Shown: positions 28,073 through 37,426 of the stretch, piece after piece
Position numbering within the stretch: position 1 is the first letter of the stretch
Layout of the letters: every line of letters begins with the position of its first letter
NCBI GenBank assembly: GCA_964447465.1
Contig: CAYUTR010000003.1
Location: 1 to 50,735, forward strand
Origin: an uncultured Chryseobacterium sp.
Lineage (GTDB): Bacteria; Bacteroidota; Bacteroidia; Palsa-965
Length of the DNA stretch: 50,735 bases
Direction: 5' to 3'
Program-made: the position numbers and the translations under genes
Notes under the pieces: model-generated
The model's database searches: none
The model's input: the letters and a program-made list of their open reading frames with translations, nothing else
Told to the model about the DNA's origin: nothing

Positions 28073-29519
28073 TAGATCGCTTTGATTGCGGTAATGGCAG
28101 GATTGGGACAACGCCGAATCCTGCACCGACCATTCGCGGAGGCGTGAGTTCACTGTGTGCGCGGAACGTCGAGTCCTTATAATAAGGACGAAGCTTCGCT
28201 TTGATCGGTGGATTGTGACCACAAATGATCAGCGCTTCGCTCGATGACATCGTACGGATTTCCGATGCGCTCATAAGGCTACGAGTAATAGTCTTGCCTT
28301 TCTCATCCTTGTAATCGAATTCACCCATCAGATCGGAGAGTTCTTTCGCCGTATCAAGTGGTTGTCCCGTGAAGTACATTTTCGCAAAGCAGTTAGCGCG
28401 GATGGCTTCTGCATCTTCGCGTCCATAAATGCTCACAAGTTGATTGTAGTCCTGCACAAGTAGCATAATTCCTGCGCGGCTCTTACGTACGTTCGCAATC
28501 GACAGTTGTAGATTTGGAAAATGTAACGAGGACGCTTCGTCGATCAGGAAGAATATATCGAGTTCGTTTTCTTTCGGTATTCGTGACAGGACATATCCGA
28601 AGAACTGTTCCAGGAAGAGCGAGGTAAGTATTGAGTAATACTTGACGTCACCTACTGACGTTTGCAGGAAGAGCGCTGTTGGACGTTTACGGAAGTTGTC
28701 GAAGGAAATGGAATCGACGCTCGTCACTTGCGCGACAGCGTTATCTCCAAGCAAAGTGAGAGAAGCAAGGCAGGTCGCGATAACACCGCTTCGTACCTTC
28801 TCGTCCAGGCCAACGAATGATTTGTAAGCAAGCCAGAGAGCAGGATCATTTTGTGCGTGCTTTGCATACAGCTGGTCCACGGCATCCGGATCGCCGCTCA
28901 TGCTATTAAGTAAGTAGCGCAGATTCGCAAGGTTGCGATAGGGTTCCGCTTCGAGATGCAGTGTCGCAATAAGCGCGGCAAGCAATGAACTCGCTTGGGA
29001 ATTCCAGAACGGGTCTTTTTTCCCTTTGCCGAGCGCGTTGTCAATAAGCATTGATGCGATCTTCTGCATTTCTGAAGATGTCTTTGCGCGTGCAACAGGA
29101 TTGTACCCGCAGGAGATTTCCGGCTTGGCGAAGTTGAGTACGCGCACGTCGTATCCACGGTCAACAAGCGACGCTGCGCTTTTCTCAAACAGTTCCCCCG
29201 ACGGATCATGCACAACAAAACTGCCTCGCATTTTGTAGAGCGACGGCAACAGCACGACGCTCGATTTGCCGACGCCAGTTCCACCGATGATGAGCGCATT
29301 GGAGTATGCATCTTTCGCACTGAGAGAACGCCTACCGGTCAAACAAAAACCCGCTGCATTCCTACTGAGTAATTCTCGTTCGCTGATAAAGTTTGAAGTA
29401 TGTGCGTGTTTGCGCTTGCCGACACCCGAGATGAATGTCTCAAGCGTTTCGCCGAGCAGCCCGAACAGGGATTCGAGCAGTGAGATTATAAGTTCAAGGA
29501 TTTTTTCGATTAGGATCAT
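28059..29519 (-). CDS. Type IV coupling protein (TraG/VirD4 family)
   Basis: GGTGVGKS, VVHDPSGEL, GYNP, DPFW, LIDEA, VQDYNQL..IYG. Confidence 0.92.
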   Translation of the reverse strand: MILIEKILELIISLLESLFGLLGETLETFISGVGKRKHAHTSNFISERELLSRNAAGFCLTGRRSLSAKDAYSNALIIGGTGVGKSSVVLLPSLYKMRGSFVVHDPSGELFEKSAASLVDRGYDVRVLNFAKPEISCGYNPVARAKTSSEMQKIASMLIDNALGKGKKDPFWNSQASSLLAALIATLHLEAEPYRNLANLRYLLNSMSGDPDAVDQLYAKHAQNDPALWLAYKSFVGLDEKVRSGVIATCLASLTLLGDNAVAQVTSVDSISFDNFRKRPTALFLQTSVGDVKYYSILTSLFLEQFFGYVLSRIPKENELDIFFLIDEASSLHFPNLQLSIANVRKSRAGIMLLVQDYNQLVSIYGREDAEAIRANCFAKMYFTGQPLDTAKELSDLMGEFDYKDEKGKTITRSLMSASEIRTMSSSEALIICGHNPPIKAKLRPYYKDSTFRAHSELTPPRMVGAGFGVVPILPLPQSKRSNAKA

Positions 29520-29691
29520 CGTTACGTCTGTCGTTAGGAGTAATGAGAGACTTCACCCAATCACCAAGCACGCGAGCGGCGAATTCTATGCCACGCAGAC
29601 ATGCCCACACGCAAGTCAGAAACACTTTCCAGCAGAGCATCAAGAGAAACTTGATGCAGTTGCCGAGAAGCTGTTTCAGATTTTCTTTCAT
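29494..29691 (-). CDS. Small membrane protein
   Basis: Hydrophobic 65-aa ORF inside the operon. Confidence 0.55.
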   Translation of the reverse strand: MKENLKQLLGNCIKFLLMLCWKVFLTCVWACLRGIEFAARVLGDWVKSLITPNDRRNDDPNRKNP

Positions 29692-29699
29692 GGATTGGG

Positions 29700-30479
29700 T
29701 TATTGATTCGTTTGAGCGATTACGTTCGCAGCGACAATGACTTTCGCGCCATGAGATTCAAGTAAAGTCTGGTAGAACCCTGCGACCAAGCGAAAGAGTT
29801 CATCCTGTGCTGCGTTTTCCGGTTGAAAAATCAGATAAACACTGATGCCGGTTAAGTCTTTCAAATCTGCTTTCGCAATCAGCATAGCGGTAATCTTGTT
29901 CGGATCAGTGCGAAGTGATCCAATGGTTTTCTTGTCATAGAAGGAAACGGTTTTGTCGTTTTCCATCAGATCGCTGTACACAATCAGCGTGCGCTCGGCC
30001 GAATGACTTTCAGACAATCGGTTCAATTCGTTAGCAATTGGGAGATAGACAGAAGAGTGCGGACGACCAACAGTGTCGACCGCGCGCGCAGCGAAAAACG
30101 ATCTGATGCTATCCTCAAATTTTTCTACTTCTCTGTCGCGCGTAAACCCGCTTGAAGTAAGCCGGTTTCCCCCTGGCGCAAGAGAAAATGTCGTTCGACG
30201 ATTGAAGCTCACATCGGTTAGATCGGCATAAGAGAATTCAGCGCCATCCCATTTGTTGGTGTCGAGACCATAGAGTCCGATGATCTCATTCGCATCAGGT
30301 TTTGCAATCTGCGCTTCCGTAAGATCAACTTGAATGACTATCTCAATCGTATTGCGCTTCGGGCATTGCTCATTGCATGATCCACTGAGGACAAGCATGC
30401 ATAGGAGTAAAAGTGCGATCGCACCTACGACGTATGGTGTCGGATCAAATTTATTTCTGGTTGGTTTTGCGTTCTTCAT
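29700..30479 (-). CDS. Membrane-anchored or lipoprotein, vWA-like
   Basis: N-terminal TM and LSGSC; VDLTE...LIVYSDLMEN. Confidence 0.6.
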   Translation of the reverse strand: MKNAKPTRNKFDPTPYVVGAIALLLLCMLVLSGSCNEQCPKRNTIEIVIQVDLTEAQIAKPDANEIIGLYGLDTNKWDGAEFSYADLTDVSFNRRTTFSLAPGGNRLTSSGFTRDREVEKFEDSIRSFFAARAVDTVGRPHSSVYLPIANELNRLSESHSAERTLIVYSDLMENDKTVSFYDKKTIGSLRTDPNKITAMLIAKADLKDLTGISVYLIFQPENAAQDELFRLVAGFYQTLLESHGAKVIVAANVIAQTNQ

Positions 30480-30482
30480 GGG

Positions 30483-31532
30483 TTATCGGTTTTGGGTTAG
30501 TGGCGTGAGTGGAGGTACTGGATCACAGAAGCAGTCCGGTGTGAGTTTGTCGTCGCGGTGTGCAAGCAGCGTGCTCTTAAACGCTTCTGCGGTTTCGTTG
30601 TACAGGGTAGCGATTCGTGCTGTCGCGTGATTCGCAAGACTTATGATCTGCTGATGGTGCAACGCCTGTTCACGCGCCTGATCCTCGAGCTTGTCTTTCT
30701 CAGTTTTAAGCCCTGTGATCTTATCTTCCCGCTCGAGGATTGCTTCATACTTAGCGCGAAGCGCACGGTCCGCTTGTGCTTCCTCTTTCTTCGGGAAGAA
30801 GAAATACGACGCGAGCATCGAACCGATAAACAGGAAGAGATTCACCACTGCAAATATTCCTGGGTGTACGGAAGTCTCTCCCGTGCTACCTAGCATTGTC
30901 GCTCTCCAGGAAGACAGCACAGCGATAAGGGCGAGCGCAGGAATCGCAAGTGCGGCAACACCAAGATAAAACTTGCGGCCTTCGTTCTGTGCACGAGCAA
31001 TCAGGTACATGATGCCGCGAGAGAACAGGTACATTCCTGCGGTGATGCTAGCTGCAATGAAGAGTGAAAATAGCAAGCTATCGCCCATGAACTCGAAGCT
31101 CCACGCATTGAAGACCAATTCGCCGAGGTAGATCAGCGCAAGTATCACAACACCTTTCCAGTTGGAAGTGTGTCGCATGTCAGGCACTTTGCCGTCGAGC
31201 TCGTGTTTGGCAATGGTGTTCTCGTGCGTCAGACGCGCGATGTTGCTACCTATTTCCGTTTGCTTGTGTTCAAGCGCGGTCCCGTTTGTACGCATCTTCG
31301 CATCGTGCATGTCCGGCTGAATGAGTTGTAGCACTTGCGCGCGTAAGTCCTCATATCCGCTTTTAATAAAGCCGATGTAGGGTTCGAGCTTGTCCATCAC
31401 TCCGGGACGATTCTGCATGCCGAGGAATTTGGCCTCCTTGATCGCTTTCGATTTGAGTTCAGCATCCTTTTCAAGAATGCGCTTCTCTAATTCAGGATAG
31501 GTGTGACCGTATGTGTTGTTGTTAGTGCTCAT
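30483..31532 (-). CDS. 4-TM membrane protein with coiled coils
   Basis: Four central hydrophobic helices flanked by heptad regions. Confidence 0.7.
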   Translation of the reverse strand: MSTNNNTYGHTYPELEKRILEKDAELKSKAIKEAKFLGMQNRPGVMDKLEPYIGFIKSGYEDLRAQVLQLIQPDMHDAKMRTNGTALEHKQTEIGSNIARLTHENTIAKHELDGKVPDMRHTSNWKGVVILALIYLGELVFNAWSFEFMGDSLLFSLFIAASITAGMYLFSRGIMYLIARAQNEGRKFYLGVAALAIPALALIAVLSSWRATMLGSTGETSVHPGIFAVVNLFLFIGSMLASYFFFPKKEEAQADRALRAKYEAILEREDKITGLKTEKDKLEDQAREQALHHQQIISLANHATARIATLYNETAEAFKSTLLAHRDDKLTPDCFCDPVPPLTPLTQNR

Positions 31533-31547
31533 GGTTTTTGTTTTAGG

Positions 31548-31820
31548 TTAGCGTGTAATGTGTTTGCGAGAAGCTGTTTTGTTTGTGCGGATGTCGCGTA
31601 GTTCTTGCTCCGGTGTGCTCCGCCAATCTTCCAATAAATCCGTTGCATGCGTTGATGCCATGTCGATTGCGTTTCGCAAATCACTCGTGCAGACCCCGCC
31701 GTCGAGCGGCTCCCGTTCATCTTCGGCGATGTCATTCACTGATCCCGCATAAATGTTGTATTCGAAATCACCGTCGCCGCGCTCAAAGACTTCTATCGTG
31801 ATCTCTTTGGGTTTGCTCAT
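31548..31820 (-). CDS. Hypothetical protein with a ...ITR tail
   Basis: In operon; shared C-terminal motif. Confidence 0.6.
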   Translation of the reverse strand: MSKPKEITIEVFERGDGDFEYNIYAGSVNDIAEDEREPLDGGVCTSDLRNAIDMASTHATDLLEDWRSTPEQELRDIRTNKTASRKHITR

Positions 31821-31832
31821 TGACGGTTGTTG

Positions 31833-32393
31833 TTAGCGGGTAATGCCCTGTGATTTGTCTTGCTGATTCTCCCTGAGCGCAGCAAGCTCTTGTGATGGAC
31901 GCGAATCAATTTCCTGTGTCTGTTCCTCCGGGGATTCCTGTGCGTGCGGCGCCGACACTTCATGTTCAACCTCCTTCTCATCGAAGACCACGCTGTGTCC
32001 TTGCTCTCTCGCATTATTCATCCACTGTTCAAGGAACTCGTTCAAATCTCTCTTGAGCTTCGGACGCAAGTATGTCTGACCGTCGTGCTCCTCATATATT
32101 TGCTGATAGACAAATTGGTTTTGAAAGGTTAATGCTTCGGCAGTCTTCTGTTCCGGATCAATGCGCACCTCCATATCGGGATCGGGCACCTGGTCACCAT
32201 TTGATTCAAAGTAGTGTGCGAAAGCGACTATGTGTGCGTCACCATCTTTGCGTAGGTAATCGTAATGCAAATCCATGAAGGGTTCCGACTTGGATTTTCC
32301 TGAAGCTGTTCCTTGCGTGAGATGCGTTTCGAGGTCTGGAATGATCTTGCCGATGTTGGCATATATACGTTCGTGTATGTTGGTTTCGGACAT
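31833..32393 (-). CDS. DUF1249-like protein with a ...ITR tail
   Basis: PFMDLH...AHYFESNGDQVPDPDMEVRID...AEALTFQN. Confidence 0.65.
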   Translation of the reverse strand: MSETNIHERIYANIGKIIPDLETHLTQGTASGKSKSEPFMDLHYDYLRKDGDAHIVAFAHYFESNGDQVPDPDMEVRIDPEQKTAEALTFQNQFVYQQIYEEHDGQTYLRPKLKRDLNEFLEQWMNNAREQGHSVVFDEKEVEHEVSAPHAQESPEEQTQEIDSRPSQELAALRENQQDKSQGITR

Positions 32394-32405
32394 AGTGATT
32401 ATTAA

Positions 32406-32840
32406 TTAACGAGTAATGTCTTGCGACCTATCTTTTGATTTCGCGCCACGATTACGAATTTCTTTGAGTTCTTCCGCTGGATTTTTCTCGGGTGGTGGAA
32501 CAGGCTTTGGTTCGAGCTCAGGTGTCTTCTCTTGGCTGATCTCCTGTTTCTTTTCAAGTTCCTCAAGCGCCAGTTCGTGTCCATGCTTCGCAAATCGCTT
32601 TTCGATGTCCACATAGGATTTGGAAACACCGAGCACTTCTTTGCCGTCAGCACTTTTAGCGGTGTATGTTTTTTCTTCTCCGACTTTATCGAAGTAGATA
32701 CGTCCAATCACCACCTTCTTTTCTTCACCGGGAACGGTTTGCAGCACGGTTGTCATGTGCTGGCCCTTATTCCATCGGCTATATTTCTGGAAGATCGTTT
32801 TGCCTTTGGGTTGGTCGAGAGATTGCTTTTCGGTGCTCAT
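32406..32840 (-). CDS. Hypothetical protein with a ...ITR tail
   Basis: First gene of the mobilization operon; start assigned to MSTEKQ. Confidence 0.65.
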   Translation of the reverse strand: MSTEKQSLDQPKGKTIFQKYSRWNKGQHMTTVLQTVPGEEKKVVIGRIYFDKVGEEKTYTAKSADGKEVLGVSKSYVDIEKRFAKHGHELALEELEKKQEISQEKTPELEPKPVPPPEKNPAEELKEIRNRGAKSKDRSQDITR

Positions 32841-32930
32841 GGTGCTTTGGGTTTGCACTTGAGATACCATTCAGAAATCCGATTTCGGACACGCGCTCGG
32901 GAAAATTCTTCGGAGGGAATCGCTAATTCA

Positions 32931-32963
32931 GGGTGCGGAAGGGTGCGGTTTTAGGGTGCGGAA
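32931..32963 (+). repeat. Three GGGTGCGG repeats; putative arm-type sites (right)
   Basis: GGGTGCGGAAGGGTGCGGTTTTAGGGTGCGGAA. Confidence 0.65.
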
Positions 32964-33025
32964 ATGTTCGGAAATCCCTCAAAATGGCACACTATCAGCA
33001 CAATGAGAGCACCTGAGAGCGCATC

Positions 33026-33071
33026 ACTGTTAATCATGGGGTCTCTGGTTCAAGTCCAGAAGGGGGAGCAG
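33026..33071 (+). repeat. attR: duplicated tRNA-Asn 3' half, from the anticodon loop onward
   Basis: Identical to 1-37 over 33035-33071; no D-arm or 5' acceptor strand upstream. Confidence 0.9.
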
Positions 33072-33098
33072 AAAGCCCGGTCGAAAGATCGGGCTTTT
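33072..33098 (+). terminator. Intrinsic terminator
   Basis: AAAGCCCGGTC-GAAA-GATCGGGCTTTT. Confidence 0.75.
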
Positions 33099-33127
33099 GT
33101 GTTTTGTAGAACCAGTAATGTGCCGAA

Positions 33128-33424
33128 ATGAGTGAAATTGACTTCTGTGTTTATGTAATATATTCTGTCAAATTGAATCGAAACTACATCGGATCAACCG
33201 ACGATTTTGAGGAGCGATTCTACAAACACAATGCTGGATTGTATGATGCCGCTTTTAGTGTGAAGGGAATTCCGTGGGAGGAGAAATTAGTCATTTCCGG
33301 ATTGACATCCCCACAGGCTTATGCGATGGAGAGGCGCTTCAAAAAGATGAAGTCCCGAAAATACATTGAGAATTTGCTCAAATATCCAGAGTTGATAGAC
33401 GCGCTCAAAAAGCGATTTGGGTAA
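33128..33424 (+). CDS. Small GIY-YIG nuclease
   Basis: VYVIYS...YIGST...R...HN...AMERRFKKMKSRKYIE. Confidence 0.9.
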   Translation: MSEIDFCVYVIYSVKLNRNYIGSTDDFEERFYKHNAGLYDAAFSVKGIPWEEKLVISGLTSPQAYAMERRFKKMKSRKYIENLLKYPELIDALKKRFG

Positions 33425-33478
33425 GGGTCTCTGGTTCAACCCCGAACGCTTTCGGGGCAGAAGGGGGAGCAGAAAGCC
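33425..33478 (+). repeat. Third tRNA-Asn tail copy, interrupted by an 18-nt hairpin
   Basis: GGGTCTCTGGTTCAA[CCCCGAACGCTTTCGGGG]CAGAAGGGGGAGCAGAAAGCC; followed by its own terminator ending near 33497. Confidence 0.85.
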
Positions 33479-33615
33479 GCAGAAATGCGGCTTTTTTGTT
33501 TTGGCAGCACCTCAGGTTGTTTCCACCTCTGCTTTACGCAAGGAAACTGAGCACCGAGCACCGAGAACAGAGCACTGAGAACTATATTTGCGCCCTGTAA
33601 AATCAACAACCAAAA

Positions 33616-34539
33616 ATGAGCCTACTTGTAGTCGGAACCATGGCATTTGATGCCATTGAAACACCTTTCGGAAAGACAGATAAAATTATAGGCGGCGCCG
33701 CTACCTATATCGCACTGGCTGCTTCCTACTTTTTCAAGAACATCAATATCGTGTCGGTGGTTGGTGGCGACTTCCCGGAGGAGTCGATGGACATGCTCAA
33801 AAAGCACGGAGTGAAACTCGATGGTGTGCAGATCAAGAAGGATCAGAAATCATTTTTCTGGTCGGGACGTTATCATACGGACATGAATTCCCGTGATACA
33901 CTCGCAACAGAACTCAACGTACTTGCCGACTTCGATCCTATCGTTCCGGAGCATTGCAAAGAAGTTGATTTCCTGATGCTCGGAAATCTCATGCCGCAGG
34001 TTCAGCAAAAAGTAATTGCTCAACTAAACAAACGCCCGAAACTTATTGTGCTCGACACGATGAATTTCTGGATGGATACGGCGCATGATGAACTCGTGAA
34101 AACAATTTCACAGGTTGACGTGCTCACAATCAACGATGGCGAAGCACGCCAGCTCTCCGGAGAATATTCTCTCGTAAAAGCAGCTCAGAAAATTCTTTCG
34201 ATGGGTCCGAAAGTACTCATCATCAAAAAAGGCGAACACGGCGCATTGCTCTTCAACAAGGAACAGGTGTTCTTCGCTCCTGCCCTGCCATTGGAAGATG
34301 TGTTTGATCCAACCGGTGCGGGCGACAGTTTCGCTGGTGGATTCATCGGCTACCTCGCAGAAACAAAAGATATTTCTTTCGACAACATGAAGCGCGCCAT
34401 CATCTTCGGATCGGCAATGGCTTCGTTTACGGTTGAGAAATTCGGTGTAGAGCGTCTTGTTGGATTAACACAAGACCAGGTTGATGAACGAGTGCAGGAG
34501 TTTATTGACTTAGTTCAGTTTGATATTTCGTTGGTGTAA
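33616..34539 (+). CDS. PfkB-family carbohydrate kinase
   Basis: GGAATY, INDGEA, DPTGAGDSFAGG; TATATTTG promoter box near 33583. Confidence 0.93.
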   Translation: MSLLVVGTMAFDAIETPFGKTDKIIGGAATYIALAASYFFKNINIVSVVGGDFPEESMDMLKKHGVKLDGVQIKKDQKSFFWSGRYHTDMNSRDTLATELNVLADFDPIVPEHCKEVDFLMLGNLMPQVQQKVIAQLNKRPKLIVLDTMNFWMDTAHDELVKTISQVDVLTINDGEARQLSGEYSLVKAAQKILSMGPKVLIIKKGEHGALLFNKEQVFFAPALPLEDVFDPTGAGDSFAGGFIGYLAETKDISFDNMKRAIIFGSAMASFTVEKFGVERLVGLTQDQVDERVQEFIDLVQFDISLV

Positions 34540-34560
34540 ATTTTCGGCGGCCTGCGGCGC

Positions 34561-34729
34561 TAACCACATAGGGCCATAGAAACATAGACATTATTAAAAG
34601 CGTGATGCGCAACCGCATCCGACATAGAACACAATAGAGAGACGTAAACTCTATGTGCACTATGACGGACGCCTTAAGGCGTCGCGCTTAACAAGTTTAG
34701 AGCTATGAATCTATGATCCTATGTGGTTA
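34561..34729. repeat. Imperfect palindromic (REP/MITE-like) element between convergent genes
   Basis: Terminal inverted repeat TAACCACATAGG/CCTATGTGGTTA with internal CATAG/CTATG reiterations. Confidence 0.6.
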
Positions 34730-34739
34730 AAAAATCGGG

Positions 34740-35387
34740 CTACAGATACAGCCCATTCTTAATCGCATACATCACAATCCCCACCGTATTTTTTGCTTTT
34801 ATTTTCTGGAGAACACTTTCCCGATGGCCCTCCACTGTCCGCTGACTAAGATTCATCTTCTCTGCAATTTCCCTCGCACTTAGTTCCTGGCACAGCAACT
34901 GAATCACCTGCAATTCGCGCTCGGTAAGTCCGACCTTTTCAAAATTCGGTTTGATTTTTTTCCCCAGCATCAATCGTTGCACAAGCGCGTGCGATACACG
35001 TTCGTCGAGATAGTATCCCGTATCCATCACCGAGAAAATTGCATCAACCAACGTTTCTATCGGATCGTTCTTCACAAGAAAACCATGTGCCCCACTTTCA
35101 ATCATGTGCGCGATGATCGCTTCTTCATTGTGCATCGTGAGAATCAGCACGCGTATTCCGGGATGAGTTGCTTTAAGATACGCAAGCGTTTCTGTGCCGT
35201 CCATCTCCGGCATTTCAAGATCAAGCAGAACAACGTCCGGCTTCTTCTTCTTCAGTTTCTCCACCAATTCTTTCCCGTTACCCGCTTCGATCATCACGTT
35301 GAGCTCTTCGAATTCACTCAACAGGGAAATCAGTCCCGCACGGAACATAACCTGATCATCAACTACTGCGATGTTATATTTTACCAT
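34740..35387 (-). CDS. NarL/LuxR-family response regulator
   Basis: VVDD, LLDLEMP, LTM, FLVK receiver domain; LTERELQVI...RTVEGHR HTH. Confidence 0.96.
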   Translation of the reverse strand: MVKYNIAVVDDQVMFRAGLISLLSEFEELNVMIEAGNGKELVEKLKKKKPDVVLLDLEMPEMDGTETLAYLKATHPGIRVLILTMHNEEAIIAHMIESGAHGFLVKNDPIETLVDAIFSVMDTGYYLDERVSHALVQRLMLGKKIKPNFEKVGLTERELQVIQLLCQELSAREIAEKMNLSQRTVEGHRESVLQKIKAKNTVGIVMYAIKNGLYL

Positions 35388-36190
35388 ACTGCCGGTACTT
35401 CAATGATGACTTCTGAATCTGATTGTCCCTTACTCAGATATTGTATTGTGCCGTTTACGAGTTGTACCCGACTTTGGATACTCTTTAATCCAACTCCTTT
35501 TTGAGATTGTGCAAGTTCCGACGCGGCTTCATTCGTAATCCCAATTCCGTTGTGTCTGATCTGTACACCCAACGCTGTATCCGTCGCGCGTACCGCTATT
35601 CCAATCGCCGTGGCTTGAGAATGCTTGAGAATATTATTCACGATCTCACGTACTGCACGGTACAATTGAAGTTCTACTCGTGGCGCGAGCCGGCGATCGT
35701 TGGTTTCTATTACACAATCCATCTTCACTTGTCCCGATGCGTTGATCTGTCTGCACATTTCCGCCAGACCTTTATCAAGACCAAGCTTCACCAATGTAGG
35801 CGGCATCAGATCGTGTGCAATTCCGCGAACGGTCTGAATGCTTTCATCTACCATGCTCAGACTTTCCTTCACAAGCTCTTCTGTTTTTGCTTTGTCAGCC
35901 GCATTACGCGAGAGCTTCGTCATCTGCAGGCGGATTACATTCAGCAACGTTCCCACATCATCGTGAATATTCTTCGCAATTTTTTCACGCTCCTGTTCTG
36001 CAATTTCCAATGAAGCGTTAAGCATGTCTTTCTGGTGACGGTTTTCTGCGGCCTGTATGTGCATCTGTTGCGCCATTACTTTGCGCTGATATAATGCAAC
36101 GAAGAGCACGATGGACACAACGAGTATCAACATCGCACAGGTGCCAATGGCAACCAGAAGTCCTACTGGAATTGCTTCCTGGCTTTCCAT
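35381..36190 (-). CDS. HisKA_3-type histidine kinase with one TM helix and no sensor domain
   Basis: EREKIAKNIHDDVG, EIVNNILKH, HNGIG, GVGLKSIQSRV. Confidence 0.93.
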   Translation of the reverse strand: MESQEAIPVGLLVAIGTCAMLILVVSIVLFVALYQRKVMAQQMHIQAAENRHQKDMLNASLEIAEQEREKIAKNIHDDVGTLLNVIRLQMTKLSRNAADKAKTEELVKESLSMVDESIQTVRGIAHDLMPPTLVKLGLDKGLAEMCRQINASGQVKMDCVIETNDRRLAPRVELQLYRAVREIVNNILKHSQATAIGIAVRATDTALGVQIRHNGIGITNEAASELAQSQKGVGLKSIQSRVQLVNGTIQYLSKGQSDSEVIIEVPAVW

Positions 36191-36825
36191 AGTCCGATTC
36201 CGATTAATAAATTAAGTAGTATTACCAAAACCGAATGAACTCCCCACCAGAGGATTTCCATCAGATCCATTGAGTTTGTAATCAAATAATTGCTCGACAC
36301 AAAAATGAATATATCTCCACCGAAGTAAATCATGATGCCTGTGATGATCCAGAACTGAGGCGTTGCAGTAATGTTTGCATATACCATGTCTTTCATCATC
36401 GTATAAAGCATCACGATTGAGTAAAGCAGAAAAATAACCGCGGCGATACCGATTGAAAAGTTATCCATCTGCATCGCGCCCTGCAAAATAATATCAGTCA
36501 CAACCACGCCAATGAAAAGAACGTTCACGGCAATTATCGCTACCTGAATTTTCAGACGTCTGATTTCGCCCACAAAGAATGTGCTGATCAGTGTGAACTC
36601 TAGAATTGTGTACACCCTGGGAACATAGGCACTAAAGGCATGTGATTCACGATATAACTCTGTCAGTACATCTGCAGAAAATGCAACAACCGCCAATAGA
36701 ATCAAACATCGCAATCCGTAAGAACACTGCTTAAAACGCAATGCCCCGATCCCAACCGGAACCAACGAAGACCAAAATGCAACATCAATCAGTACTGTAA
36801 GTGTTTGTGCTGCTCCAGGAGACAT
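36163..36825 (-). CDS. Polytopic (~7 TM) membrane protein; putative receptor subunit
   Basis: Seven hydrophobic segments, YTILEF, FWIITGIMIYFGG; overlaps the kinase start. Confidence 0.8.
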   Translation of the reverse strand: MSPGAAQTLTVLIDVAFWSSLVPVGIGALRFKQCSYGLRCLILLAVVAFSADVLTELYRESHAFSAYVPRVYTILEFTLISTFFVGEIRRLKIQVAIIAVNVLFIGVVVTDIILQGAMQMDNFSIGIAAVIFLLYSIVMLYTMMKDMVYANITATPQFWIITGIMIYFGGDIFIFVSSNYLITNSMDLMEILWWGVHSVLVILLNLLIGIGLWKARKQFQ

Positions 36826-36948
36826 TCGTTGTTTGTTATAACCCGCCACGAAGATATGATTCATACGTTCCTGCATTTAACCGCTTACTACTTCTCCAAA
36901 AAAAGGACGTCCCATCAATTGCTTGACGGGACGTTTCCCCCCTTTTAA

Positions 36949-37266
36949 TTAGCCCGCAAGCGGGCTATCATCACCGTCGCACCATGGCGGGCAAGGTTTT
37001 ACTCTTTCCGCAACAATTCCACTAGTCATATCATTCTCATCCGCGCTTACACCTACGAATACTAATTCCTTGTTTCCGCTGTCGTCCAGCCCGTAATACA
37101 CTCTGAAACCTACACACCCTGTTTGACCAAGAATCGCGTTGATAATATTCTTTCCAATGAAGTGTGCTTTAGCGCCGGATGCGCCTTCGGAGTTTCTGTA
37201 GTTTGCAGTCATTGCTGCACCTTCTGCGAGTGTAATTACTTCTCCTTCTTTTCCGTCAAATGCCAT
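36949..37266 (-). CDS. Small PCPPxC protein, copy 1
   Basis: MAFDGKEGEV...GCVGFRVYY...ERVKPCPPWC; paralog at 37644. Confidence 0.88.
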   Translation of the reverse strand: MAFDGKEGEVITLAEGAAMTANYRNSEGASGAKAHFIGKNIINAILGQTGCVGFRVYYGLDDSGNKELVFVGVSADENDMTSGIVAERVKPCPPWCDGDDSPLAG

Positions 37267-37426
37267 AAGTTGTTTTGTTTAATTGTTGTACACTGATTGA
37301 GTTAGAGGGTCTGTTTCGTTTTTCTTAAAAATAGGTATTTCAAAAATTACCTTTTGAATGTTGCTACAAATGCCTTTTTCACACAAACTTTAGGATCAGA
37401 TGTTTAACACAAAAAGCGCGCTTTTT

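Larger units (their letters stand above)
1..33071. mobile_element. Integrative mobilizable element / genomic island in tRNA-Asn
   Basis: Perfect 37-bp direct repeat at 1-37 and 33035-33071. Tyrosine integrase next to the left end; relaxase and coupling protein near the right end. No VirB4-like ATPase or pilus genes seen. Confidence 0.9.

Noticed and set aside
33001-33071. Complete tRNA-Asn at the right end of the island
   Set aside because: Only the anticodon loop onward is present; the upstream sequence cannot form the D-arm or 5' acceptor strand, so this is attR.
33546-33582. 7-bp tandem repeats (ACYGAGM) upstream of pfkB
   Set aside because: Short degenerate intergenic repeat with no evidence of function.
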